DNA from: Gaiellaceae bacterium
GTDB taxonomy: Bacteria > Actinomycetota > Thermoleophilia > Gaiellales > Gaiellaceae
NCBI GenBank assembly: GCA_036518135.1
Contig: DATDNT010000080.1
Coordinates: forward strand, 9,074 to 73,073
Length of the DNA stretch: 64,000 nt
Reading direction: 5' to 3'
Part shown: in pieces, positions 1 to 10,536 of the stretch
Numbering within the stretch: the first letter of the stretch is position 1
Layout of the letters: every line of letters begins with the position of its first letter
Translations under genes and position numbers: made by a program
Notes under the pieces: model-generated
The model's input: only the letters and a program-made list of their open reading frames with translations
Databases searched by the model: none
Told to the model about the DNA's origin: nothing

Positions 1-182
1 GCAGCTACTGGGCCGAGGTGCGCGAGCTCCCGGGGTGTTTCGCCACGGGTGACGACATTCCGAAACTCGAGGAAGCGTTGGCCGAGTCCGTCGAGATGTG
101 CCTGCCCTTCGTCGACAGGCTCTTGAACTTCATTCTGGGGCGAGCACCGCAGATCGAGCTCGAGCGCGAGCTCGTCGCGTAG
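1..182 (+). CDS. HicB-family antitoxin, C-terminal fragment (5' end outside window)
   Basis: Frame 3 reads SYWAEVRELPGCFATGDDIPKLEEALAESVEMCL... to TAG 180-182. The YWAEVxELPGCFAxGD motif is typical of HicB/UPF0150. It is absent from the ORF track because no start lies in the window. Confidence 0.5.
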   Translation, partial: SYWAEVRELPGCFATGDDIPKLEEALAESVEMCLPFVDRLLNFILGRAPQIELERELVA

Positions 183-204
183 TCGGCGGTACGCTGGCGA
201 CGCC

Positions 205-915
205 GTGAGCGCCGTCTTCCTCGTCCTCTCCGCGTTCCTCGCGAGCGCCGTCGAGATGGTGGAGGCGCTGACGATCGTGCTGGCGTCCGGGATCGCGCGC
301 GGCTGGCGGTCGTCGCTCACCGGCGTCGGCGCCGCGGTCGTCGTGCTCGCCGTCGTCGTCGCAGCCCTCGGCCCCGCGCTGACGGTCGTCCCGATCGACA
401 CGCTGCGCCTCGTCGTCGGGGCGTTCCTGCTCGTCTTCGGCCTGCAGTGGCTGCGCAAGGCGATCCTCCGCGCGGCCGGCCTGAAGGCGCTGCACGACGA
501 GGACGCGATCTATGCGGAGACGATCGCGGAGGCGCGCTCGCTCGACGCGAGCGGCTTCCTGCTCTCCTTCAAGGGCGTCCTCCTCGAGGGGCTCGAGGTC
601 GCGTTCATCGTGCTCACGTTCGGGAGCACGCAGGGCTCCATCCCGCTGGCGGCCGCCGGCGCCGCGGCCGCGGTCGTCCTCGTCACCGTCGTCGGCGTCG
701 CCGTGCGCGCACCGCTCGGGCGCGTGCCGGAGAACGCGATGAAGTTCGCCGTCGGCGTGATGCTGACCACGTTCGGGATCTTCTGGTCGGCGGAGGGCGC
801 GGGCGCGCACTGGCCGGGCAGCGACGCGTCGCTGCCGGGCGTGCTCGTGTTCGTCGTCGCGGTGTCGTTCGCGCTCGTGCGCCTGCTGCGCACGCCGCGG
901 GTCGTGACCGCGTGA
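205..915 (+). CDS. polytopic membrane protein, GDT1/UPF0016-like (COG4280-type), putative cation transporter
   Basis: 236-aa ORF with GTG start and about 6 hydrophobic spans. It has two halves with acidic helix-start motifs (VEMVEALT, LLEGLEVAF). GC3 is high. Confidence 0.55.
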   Translation: MSAVFLVLSAFLASAVEMVEALTIVLASGIARGWRSSLTGVGAAVVVLAVVVAALGPALTVVPIDTLRLVVGAFLLVFGLQWLRKAILRAAGLKALHDEDAIYAETIAEARSLDASGFLLSFKGVLLEGLEVAFIVLTFGSTQGSIPLAAAGAAAAVVLVTVVGVAVRAPLGRVPENAMKFAVGVMLTTFGIFWSAEGAGAHWPGSDASLPGVLVFVVAVSFALVRLLRTPRVVTA

Positions 916-1079
916 GGTTCCTGCGCTTCTGGTGGGAGTTCGTCGTCGGCGACGACTGGGTCGTCGCGGCGGGCGTCGTCGTTGCGCTCGTCGTCACGGC
1001 CCTCCTCCAGGTGTGGTGGCTGATGCCCATCGCGGTCGTCGCGCTCCTCTACCTGTCGCTCCGGCGCGCGCGGGCATAA
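912..1079 (+). CDS. small hydrophobic membrane protein (55 aa)
   Basis: GTG 912-914 overlaps the upstream TGA 913-915 (GTGA). The protein reads VRFLRFWWEFVVGDDWVVAAGVVVALVVTALLQVWWLMPIAVVALLYLSLRRARA. Nearly every codon ends in G/C. Confidence 0.5.
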   Translation: MRFLRFWWEFVVGDDWVVAAGVVVALVVTALLQVWWLMPIAVVALLYLSLRRARA

Positions 1080-1093
1080 TCCCGCGAGATCAC

Positions 1094-1145
1094 GGGCGAT
1101 GGAGCTCCGCCCTCGACCGCCGGGAACGGCTGATGGCTCCTACTC
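1094..1145 (+). promoter_or_regulatory. fluoride riboswitch (crcB RNA motif)
   Basis: GGGCGATGGAGCTCCGCCC-TCGAC-CGCCGGGAACGGC-TGATGGCTCCTACTC. P1 is GGGCG/CGCCC. The hairpin is GCCG-GGAA-CGGC. Pseudoknot strands are GGAGC/GCUCC. It lies directly upstream of crcB and is nearly collinear with the remembered Thermotoga aptamer. Confidence 0.85.
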
Positions 1146-1165
1146 CAACGCGAAAGGAGCCACGC

Positions 1166-1543
1166 ATGCCCGTGATCGTGGGTGTCGCGCTCGGAGGAGC
1201 GGTCGGAGCATCGGCGCGTTGGCTGCTCGATCGGTTCATCGAAGAGCGCAGCGACTCGATCTTCCCGTGGTCGACGTTCACGATCAACGTCACCGGCTGC
1301 TTCCTGATCGGGATCCTCACCGAGCAGCTTGTCGACCGGCATCACATCCCGGCGTGGATCCGCGTCGGCGCGATCGTCGGCGTGCTCGGCGGCTACACGA
1401 CGTTCTCGACGTTCTCCCAGGAGACGCTCGGCCTGCTCGAGACGCCGCACGACGTCCCCGTCGCCCTCGTGTACGCGGCGGGGAGCGTCGCGGTCGGCGT
1501 GCTCGGGGTGTACGCCGGCGTCGTCCTAGGACGCGCGTTCTAG
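1166..1543 (+). CDS. crcB: fluoride ion channel CrcB/FluC
   Basis: The 125-aa protein MPVIVGVALGGAVGASARWLL...FPWSTFTINVTGCFLIGIL...GGYTTFSTFSQE carries the CrcB signature motifs. AGGAG sits 6 nt before the ATG. Confidence 0.9.
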   Translation: MPVIVGVALGGAVGASARWLLDRFIEERSDSIFPWSTFTINVTGCFLIGILTEQLVDRHHIPAWIRVGAIVGVLGGYTTFSTFSQETLGLLETPHDVPVALVYAAGSVAVGVLGVYAGVVLGRAF

Positions 1544-1951
1544 GACGACGACCGGGATCTCCCGGCCGGTCTTCTGCTGGTACTCGTCGTAGTGCGGCCA
1601 CACGGTGTTCGCGAGGCGCCAGAGCCGCTCGCGCTCCTCGCCCTGCGCCGTCGACGCGCGCGCCGGGAAGACGTCGTCCTTCACCTGCAGCTCGACGTTC
1701 GGGTCGCCCTCGATGTTCCGGTACCAGCCGGGATGCTCCGGAGCACCTCCCTTCGACGCGACGATCACGTAGCGGTCGCCGTCCTGCGCGTAGATGAGCG
1801 GCGTCGTCGTCGGGCTCCCCGTCTTCCGCCCCTTCGTCGTCAGCAGCAGGATCGTGGAGCCTTCCTTCCAGATGTGCCCGACCTCGCCGCCCGTCTCGCG
1901 ATAGCGGCGGACGTGCTCCTCGCCGAAGAGCTTCGTTGCGTCTTCCGTCAT
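1526..1951 (-). CDS. deazaflavin (F420)-dependent nitroreductase-family oxidoreductase (DUF385 type)
   Basis: 141 aa: MTEDATKLFGEEHVRRYRETGGEVGH...LLLTTKGRKTGSPTTTPLIY...GAPEHPGWYRNIEGDPNVELQV. This is the typical Ddn/DUF385 pattern. Its 3' end overlaps the crcB 3' end by 18 nt. Confidence 0.8.
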   Translation of the reverse strand: MTEDATKLFGEEHVRRYRETGGEVGHIWKEGSTILLLTTKGRKTGSPTTTPLIYAQDGDRYVIVASKGGAPEHPGWYRNIEGDPNVELQVKDDVFPARASTAQGEERERLWRLANTVWPHYDEYQQKTGREIPVVVLERAS

Positions 1952-2190
1952 TCGAACACTCCTTCGATCAGCAGTAGGCGTGACTTTTCGACAGAACGCG
2001 TCTCGTGCCACTCGCCTTCCTGCCACGTGACGGCCTCCCCGACACCGAGCTCGAGCGCGTCGTCGCGCGTGGCGCACGCCACGCGGCCGTCGAGCACGAC
2101 GAGGATCGGCTTCGACACGGCGTCTTGGCCCGAAGCGCGATCTGCCGCGACGCGAGGGTGACGCGCTCCACGCGGATACGCTAACCGCAC
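1948..2190 (-). CDS. short cupin-like ORF, possibly a truncated remnant
   Basis: Only the C-terminal half looks like a cupin barrel (ILVVLDGRVACATRDDALELGVGEAVTWQEGEWHETRS) and has high GC3. The ORF is capped by an in-frame stop at 2206-2208. An ATGA overlap joins it to the downstream gene. Confidence 0.3.
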   Translation of the reverse strand: MRLAYPRGARHPRVAADRASGQDAVSKPILVVLDGRVACATRDDALELGVGEAVTWQEGEWHETRSVEKSRLLLIEGVFE

Positions 2191-2191
2191 A

Positions 2192-3103
2192 GTGGACGCC
2201 CCCCGCTACTGCTACCGGCACCCGGACCGGGAGACCGGCCTGTCCTGCTCCGAGTGCGGACGGCCGATCTGTTACGAGTGCATGACGCCGGCGCCCGTCG
2301 GGATCCGGTGCCCCGAGCATTCCGGGAAGCCGCAGGGATTCCAGAAGGTGACGCGCGCCGCGGGCCGCGCGGCCACCGGCGTCGGCGGCCGCCGCGTCAA
2401 CGCGGTGACGATGGCGCTCATCGCCGTGAACGTCGCGGTGTACGCGGCGGAGCTCGCGGCCGGCGGGACGATCAGCGGCACCGGCAACTGGATCTTCAGC
2501 CACGGCGCGCTGTTCGCGTCCGGGGTCTACGGGGGCAGCGGGCTCCTCGGCACGGTCGGCCCCGGCGGCGCGCCGCCGGGCTACCACCTCGTCGGCGTGG
2601 CGCACGGCGAGTGGTGGCGGCTCGTCACGGCGGCCTTCCTGCACTACGGGCCGCTGCACCTCGCGATGAACATGTACAGCCTCTACTTCGCCGGGACGAT
2701 CCTCGAGCAGATGATCGACCGCTGGCGGTTCCTCGTCCTCTATCTCGTCTCGGGCATCTGCGGCTCGGCCGGCGCGCTGCTCCTCTCGCCCGACAACGTC
2801 ACGGTGGGCGCCTCGGGTGCGATCTTCGGGATCCTCGGCGCGCTCTACGTGCTCGAGCGCCGCGGGCTGATCCACAGCGGCGGGCAGATCGCGGGCCTGA
2901 TCGTGCTGAACCTCGTGTTCACGTTCGCGCTCGCGAGCTTCATCTCCGTCGGCGGCCACCTCGGCGGCCTCGTCGGCGGCATCCTGCTGATGTTCGCGCT
3001 CGTGAACTTCCGCCGCTCGATCGCGTTCAGCGCCGTCAGCGCTGCCGGGCTGACGGTGATCGCGTTCGTGGTCGCCTACGCGAAGGTGCGTGGATACCGC
3101 TAG
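2192..3103 (+). CDS. rhomboid-family intramembrane serine protease with N-terminal zinc-ribbon
   Basis: N-terminus reads CYRHPDRETGLSCSECGRPICYECM..CPEH. The catalytic GASGAIFG and the later GGHLGG motifs are present. There are 6-7 TM spans. Confidence 0.85.
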   Translation: MDAPRYCYRHPDRETGLSCSECGRPICYECMTPAPVGIRCPEHSGKPQGFQKVTRAAGRAATGVGGRRVNAVTMALIAVNVAVYAAELAAGGTISGTGNWIFSHGALFASGVYGGSGLLGTVGPGGAPPGYHLVGVAHGEWWRLVTAAFLHYGPLHLAMNMYSLYFAGTILEQMIDRWRFLVLYLVSGICGSAGALLLSPDNVTVGASGAIFGILGALYVLERRGLIHSGGQIAGLIVLNLVFTFALASFISVGGHLGGLVGGILLMFALVNFRRSIAFSAVSAAGLTVIAFVVAYAKVRGYR

Positions 3104-3761
3104 GTACACCCCGGTGCCGCTCGAATGGGAGCGGCTCGACCCCGCGGACGCGCTCGCACGGGCGCGCGCGTTCGCCGCGGCGATGCGGACGCGCCGCTCG
3201 GTGCGGCTCTTCTCGCCCGACGTGCCGCCGCGCGAGCTGATCGATGCCGCGCTCGAGGTCGCGGGCACCGCGCCGTCGGGCGCGAACCAGCAGCCCTGGA
3301 CGTTCGCCGTCGTCTCGGACGCCGACCTGAAGGCGAAGCTGCGCGGGGCGGCCGAGCGCGAGGAGTACGCCTTCTACGACCACCGGGCGACGGACGAGTG
3401 GAAGGAGGCGATCGAGCCGATCGGCACCGACTGGATGAAGCCGCACATCACGGACGCGCCGTACGTGATCGTCGTCTTCGAGCGGATCTGGTCGCGCGAC
3501 GAGAACGGCGAGAAGGTGAAGCACTACTGGGTGAAGGAATCCGTCGGCATCGCCGTCGGGTTCCTGCTCGCCGCGCTGCACGTCTCGGGCCTCGCCGCGC
3601 TCACGCACTCGCCCGCGCCGATGGGCTTCCTCCGCGAGCTGCTCGGGCGGCCGGAGAACGAGCGTCCGTTCATCCTCATGCCGGTCGGCTATCCGGCGGA
3701 TGACGCGGTCGTGCCGGACATCCGCCGGAAGCCGTTGGACGACATCGTCGTCCGCTACTAG
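3090..3761 (+). CDS. nitroreductase-superfamily flavoprotein, iodotyrosine deiodinase (IYD)-like
   Basis: RRSVRLF..GTAPSGANQQPWTFAVV, REEYAFY, TDWMKPHI, KHYWVKESVGIAVGFLLAAL, LLGRPENERPFILMPVGYPADDAVVPDIRRKPLDDIVV are collinear with the remembered animal IYD sequence. GTG start overlaps the rhomboid end by 14 nt. Confidence 0.75.
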   Translation: MDTARYTPVPLEWERLDPADALARARAFAAAMRTRRSVRLFSPDVPPRELIDAALEVAGTAPSGANQQPWTFAVVSDADLKAKLRGAAEREEYAFYDHRATDEWKEAIEPIGTDWMKPHITDAPYVIVVFERIWSRDENGEKVKHYWVKESVGIAVGFLLAALHVSGLAALTHSPAPMGFLRELLGRPENERPFILMPVGYPADDAVVPDIRRKPLDDIVVRY

Positions 3762-3937
3762 AGCCTTCCGAGCTCCTTCTCGACGAGCTTGCCCGGGTCG
3801 ATGCCGAACCTCTCGAGCATCTGGGCATGCTTCTCGTGGTCGATCTTCTCGGGGAGCTCCTGCAGGGCCTTCTGAACGTGCTCGTTCTTCCCCTGCTTCT
3901 CGAGCTCCGCGATCACGGTCGCGCGGTCGATTTCCAT
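3758..3937 (-). CDS. small Lys/Glu-rich hypothetical protein (59 aa)
   Basis: MEIDRATVIAELEKQGKNEHVQKALQELPEKIDHEKHAQMLERFGIDPGKLVEKELGRL. GC3 is high. It lies 35 nt downstream of ppdK on the same strand. Confidence 0.55.
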   Translation of the reverse strand: MEIDRATVIAELEKQGKNEHVQKALQELPEKIDHEKHAQMLERFGIDPGKLVEKELGRL

Positions 3938-3972
3938 GCGGCCCGCGTTGCCGCGGGCCGCATGCCGCAAAC

Positions 3973-6570
<2,598 letters not shown>

Positions 6571-6686
6571 GTGGAGCCGGAATCTATCCCTCATGGCATG
6601 TATGCAACTCCGGTCAGGTGTTGCCCGCATCCGGAACGACCCGTATGCTCCGCCGACTTCGTACCACTTACCAGGGAGGTTTTCCC

Positions 6687-7643
6687 TTGAGGAAAACGGT
6701 GGGTCTACTCCTTGCGGCAGCTGTGCTGGTAGGCGTAACCAGCGTGGCACTGGCGAGCGGCGATCCCTCGCCTCGGGCGCAGCACGCGTACGGAATCGTC
6801 CCGAGCGCCGCGGCGGCGCACATCGAGGCGGCCGGCGTCCGTGGCTCGGGCAATCTCGTGAACCACGGCGGGCCGGTGCAGCACGGCTCGACCGCGTACG
6901 CGATCTACTGGGTGCCGTCCGGCTACTCGGTGTCGTCCGACTACCAGACCGTGATCAACCGGTACTTCACGGACGTCGCGGCGGACAGCGGCAAGACGTC
7001 GAACGTGTACTACTCCGACACGCAGTACTACGACTCGTCGGGGCACATTCCGTACAGCGTGTCGTTCGGCGGAGCGGTGGTGGACACGAACCCGTTCCCG
7101 GCGAGCGGCTGCACCGACGTCTCGCAGACGAGCGTCTGCCTGACGGACGCGCAGATCCAGGCCGAGGTGCAGCGCGTCGCCTCGGCGCAGGGCTGGGGCA
7201 GCGGGCTCGGCAAGGAGTTCTTCATGTTCACGGCCAAGAACGTGGGCAGCTGCCTCGACCCCTCGCACTGCTCGTTCTCGTACTACTGCGCGTACCACAG
7301 CAACTTCGGCAACAGCTCCTCGCCGTATCTGTACGCGAACATGCCCTACGCCGACACCGTTCCCGCGGACTGCGACGCGCAGCCGCATCCGAACGGAAGC
7401 GACGCCGACGCCACGCTGAACGTCACGTCGCACGAGCACAACGAGACGATCACCGACCCGCTCGGGAACGCGTGGTACGACCGCGCCGGTTACGAGAACG
7501 GCGACAAGTGCGCGTGGTACTTCGGGACGTCGATCGGCTCGACGTCGTCCGGCGCGTACAACCAGCTGATCAACGGGCACCCGTACGAGCTCCAGCAGGA
7601 GTACTCGAACGCGACCCGCAAGTGCGTCCTGACCGGAACGTGA
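6687..7643 (+). CDS. secreted protein, PHI-1/EXORDIUM-like (tentative family call)
   Basis: TTG 6687 is preceded by GGGAGG (6674-6679). Signal peptide is LRKTVGLLLAAAVLVGVTSVALASG. Blocks LVNHGGPVQHG..YAIYW, CAYHS and PNGSDADATLNVTSHEHNETITDPLGNAWY parallel plant EXORDIUM blocks. Confidence 0.65.
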   Translation: MRKTVGLLLAAAVLVGVTSVALASGDPSPRAQHAYGIVPSAAAAHIEAAGVRGSGNLVNHGGPVQHGSTAYAIYWVPSGYSVSSDYQTVINRYFTDVAADSGKTSNVYYSDTQYYDSSGHIPYSVSFGGAVVDTNPFPASGCTDVSQTSVCLTDAQIQAEVQRVASAQGWGSGLGKEFFMFTAKNVGSCLDPSHCSFSYYCAYHSNFGNSSSPYLYANMPYADTVPADCDAQPHPNGSDADATLNVTSHEHNETITDPLGNAWYDRAGYENGDKCAWYFGTSIGSTSSGAYNQLINGHPYELQQEYSNATRKCVLTGT

Positions 7644-7644
7644 G

Positions 7645-7830
7645 CTAGTCGCCTGCGGCGCCGGCCCGGCGGCCGGGTCGGCGCCGCGCGCGGTACTCGG
7701 CGATCCACGCAAGGGCCCGCAGCCCGAACCAGAACGGCGTGAAGAGCCCGTAGAACAGGACGAGCGCGGCGCCGAGCGCGGCGTACCACGTGGCCCAGCG
7801 CCACTTCGGGACCGGAGGCTTCGGCTTCAC
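7645..7830 (-). CDS. small membrane protein (61 aa), coupled to PDRP gene
   Basis: GTG 7830 overlaps the stop of the upstream gene (GTGA). The protein reads VKPKPPVPKWRWATWYAALGAALVLFYGLFTPFWFGLRALAWIAEY... GC3 is high. Confidence 0.5.
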   Translation of the reverse strand: MKPKPPVPKWRWATWYAALGAALVLFYGLFTPFWFGLRALAWIAEYRARRRPGRRAGAAGD

Positions 7831-8648
7831 GCCGTCGCCGTCTTCGCGGCGTCGCGCCGCTGCTCGACCGCGCGGATGATCCGGTGCGCGATCTCCTCGA
7901 TCGAGAGCTCGCTCACCTCGATCACCGGGCAGCCGAGGCGGCGGTGGATGCGGGAGGCGTAGTCGAGCTCGTCGTAGATCTCGCTGAGCTCGGCGTACTT
8001 GCGGTCGCCGCGCATCCATCGGATGCGCTCGCCGCGGATCTCCGACAGCCGCTGCGCGTCGATCGTCAGTCCGACCACCTTCGTCTGGTCGATCGTGAAC
8101 AGCTCCGGCGGCGGGTCGATCCCCTTGACGAGCGGGACGTTCGCCGCCTTGTAGCCGAGGTAGCCGAGGTAGATCGAGAGCGGCGTCTTCGACGTGCGCG
8201 ACACGCCGACGAGCACGATGTCGGCCTCGCGCAATCCCGTGCCGACGCCGTCGTCGAACTTGACGGCGAACTCGATCGCCGACATGCGGCGGAAGTACGC
8301 GTCGTTCAGCGGCGGCCGCGCGCCCGGCTTCATCTTCGCCGTCTGGCCCGAGACCTTCGCGATCGCGTCGATCGGGTGGCCGAGCAGGTCGCAGTAATGG
8401 AGCTTCGCCTTGCGGCAGAGCGCACGCATGCACTCGCGCAGCTCCGGGTCGACCAGCGTGTAGACGACGACCGCCGGCCGGCCCTTCATCCGGTCGACCG
8501 CGAGCTGCAGGTCGGCGATCGTCTCGACGCGCGGATGCCGGATCTCGAGGAACTCCTGCTCCGGGAACTGGGCCTCGAGCGCCTGCACGAGGCGCTGCGC
8601 CGTCTCACCGGTCGCGTCGGAGATCATGTGGAGCTCGACGGGGGTCAC
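7827..8648 (-). CDS. pyruvate phosphate dikinase regulatory protein (bifunctional kinase/pyrophosphorylase, DUF299)
   Basis: 273 aa starting LHMISDATGETAQRLV... It carries the P-loop-like VLVGVSRTSKTPLSIYLG motif typical of PDRP/PpsR. Confidence 0.9.
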   Translation of the reverse strand: MTPVELHMISDATGETAQRLVQALEAQFPEQEFLEIRHPRVETIADLQLAVDRMKGRPAVVVYTLVDPELRECMRALCRKAKLHYCDLLGHPIDAIAKVSGQTAKMKPGARPPLNDAYFRRMSAIEFAVKFDDGVGTGLREADIVLVGVSRTSKTPLSIYLGYLGYKAANVPLVKGIDPPPELFTIDQTKVVGLTIDAQRLSEIRGERIRWMRGDRKYAELSEIYDELDYASRIHRRLGCPVIEVSELSIEEIAHRIIRAVEQRRDAAKTATA

Positions 8649-8680
8649 GGCCCTAAGCGTATTCGGGCACTCTGTGCCGC

Positions 8681-9589
8681 GTGGGACGGGGTCTCCTCCT
8701 CACGGTGCTCGCGGCGCTCGCACTGCCGGCGTCGGCGCTCGCCTGGGGCGGCACGTACCCGACCGGAGACTCGCTCGGCACGTCGATCCGCATCGAGGTC
8801 TCGGACGCCTATCCCGTCGACCAGACGCTGCCGCAGAAGTGGGCGGCGTTCTTCGGGACCCTCGTCCACGGGAGCGAGCTGTCGTCGCTGACCCTGCGCC
8901 TCGCGCCGATGGACGACGTCGCGCGCACGTGCGGGTCGCAGGCCCTCGCGTGCTACGACCCGTCGAGCTCGACGATCGTCACCTCGCCGGAGGACGAGCT
9001 CGACGAGCCGCCCGCCCAGGAGGTCGTGACCCACGAGTACGGCCACCACATCGCGAACCACCGCAGCGACGCCCCGTGGACCGCAGAGGACTGGGGGACG
9101 AAGCGCTGGGCGACGTACGAGCACATCTGCTCGCGGGCCCTCGCCGGCACCGCATCGCCGGGCAACGAGGGCGGCGACTACCGCCGGAACCCGGGCGAGG
9201 CGTTCGCGGAGGCATACCGCGTCCTCAACCTGACCCAGGAAGGCGCGACGAGCATCGGCTGGGACATCGTCGACCGCTCGTTCTACCCCGACGCGAAGGC
9301 GCTCTCGCTCCTCGAGCAGGACATCGTGTCCCCGTGGACCGGGCCGACGACGACGCACGCGCCGAACGCGCGCGTCCTCCGCGTCGCGACGCCGCTCGAC
9401 GGCGCGTTCACCGCACGGCTGCGCGCGCCGGACACGGCGAAGCTCCGCCTCGTGCTCCACGCCGGGTCGAGGATCGTCGCGCGCGGCTTCCGCTCCGTCT
9501 CCTACGACGTCTGCGGCGCGCGCACGCTCACGCTGCGCGTGCTCGGCGGCGCGCACGTCCGCTACACGGTCGACGTCTCGAAGCCGTAG
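8681..9589 (+). CDS. secreted hypothetical protein with HExxH motif (putative zinc metallopeptidase-like)
   Basis: GTG start. Signal peptide is GRGLLLTVLAALALPASALAWG. The only recognisable motif is VVTHEYGHHIANH. Confidence 0.55.
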   Translation: MGRGLLLTVLAALALPASALAWGGTYPTGDSLGTSIRIEVSDAYPVDQTLPQKWAAFFGTLVHGSELSSLTLRLAPMDDVARTCGSQALACYDPSSSTIVTSPEDELDEPPAQEVVTHEYGHHIANHRSDAPWTAEDWGTKRWATYEHICSRALAGTASPGNEGGDYRRNPGEAFAEAYRVLNLTQEGATSIGWDIVDRSFYPDAKALSLLEQDIVSPWTGPTTTHAPNARVLRVATPLDGAFTARLRAPDTAKLRLVLHAGSRIVARGFRSVSYDVCGARTLTLRVLGGAHVRYTVDVSKP

Positions 9590-9600
9590 GCTCCTCACCG

Positions 9601-10536
9601 ATGGGTCTCGCCCACTGGGACGACGTCGAATGGCACCGCCGCGCGAAGGGCGAGATGGACGCCGAGTGGCAGCTCCTCGGCGGCGCCGCCGGCACCGTCG
9701 GGGTCGGCGTCAACCGCGTGCGCGTCGCCCCGGGCAAGCAGCCGACGCCGCCTCACTCGCACGGCGCCTCCGAGGAGGTGTACTTCGTGCTCGCGGGCTC
9801 CGGCCTCGCATGGCAGGACGGAGACGTGCACGAGGTCGGCCCGCGCGACTGCATCGTGCAGACGGCCGACCACTTCGAGCACACGTTCGTGGCGGGCCCC
9901 GACGGCCTCGAGTACCTCGTCTACGGCACCCGGCACCCGACGGAGATCGGCTGGCTGCCCCGCTCGCGCGCGATCCGGATCGGCTGGCCGTGGGCCGAGG
10001 GCCGAGACGACGATCCGTGGGACGTCGAGGCGACACTGGGGCCGCTCGAGCTCGGCGACCCGAAGCCGCGGCCGCAGAACATCAAGAACGTCGACGAGGT
10101 CGAGCTGCAGAGCGACCGGCACCAGACGTGGGCGGGCTTCGACGGCACCGAGCTCGCCGGGATCGCATGGGAGAAGATCGCCCCAGGCAAGATGGGCTCC
10201 GTCCCGCATTGCCACTCCGAGGAGGAGGAGATCTTCGTCATCCTCGATGGATCGGCGACGCTCGAGCTCTGGCCGTCGCCGCGCAAGGCCGGGTTCGGCG
10301 CCGAGCGCGAGCAGCACGAGCTCCGCCCCGGCCACGTCGTCGCGCGGCCGCCCGGCACCGGAGTCTCGCATTCGTTCGTCGCCGGCGACGAGGGCTGCAC
10401 GATGCTCGTCTACGGCACGCGCAGGCCGAACGACCTCGGCTACTACCCGCGCTCCAACAAGATCAACTTCCGCGGGCTCGGCGTGATTGCCCGCGTCGAG
10501 CCGCTCGACTATTTCGACGGCGAACCGGACGACTAG
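9601..10536 (+). CDS. bicupin-domain protein
   Basis: Two cupin units are present: PPHSHGASEEVYFVLAGSG...HTF and VPHCHSEEEEIFVILDGSA...HSF. The real ATG is at 9601, inside a longer shadow ORF. Confidence 0.75.
   Translation: MGLAHWDDVEWHRRAKGEMDAEWQLLGGAAGTVGVGVNRVRVAPGKQPTPPHSHGASEEVYFVLAGSGLAWQDGDVHEVGPRDCIVQTADHFEHTFVAGPDGLEYLVYGTRHPTEIGWLPRSRAIRIGWPWAEGRDDDPWDVEATLGPLELGDPKPRPQNIKNVDEVELQSDRHQTWAGFDGTELAGIAWEKIAPGKMGSVPHCHSEEEEIFVILDGSATLELWPSPRKAGFGAEREQHELRPGHVVARPPGTGVSHSFVAGDEGCTMLVYGTRRPNDLGYYPRSNKINFRGLGVIARVEPLDYFDGEPDD

Noticed and set aside
1-182. A complete HicAB toxin-antitoxin module.
   Set aside because: Only the antitoxin C-terminus is in the window. The downstream gene is a polytopic membrane protein, not a HicA toxin. 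Any toxin must lie upstream, outside the window.
1094-3761. A 'halogen island' linking the fluoride riboswitch/crcB with the IYD-like dehalogenase.
   Set aside because: They are separated by unrelated genes on both strands (F420 oxidoreductase, cupin remnant, rhomboid). The riboswitch can only control crcB. The proximity is probably coincidental.
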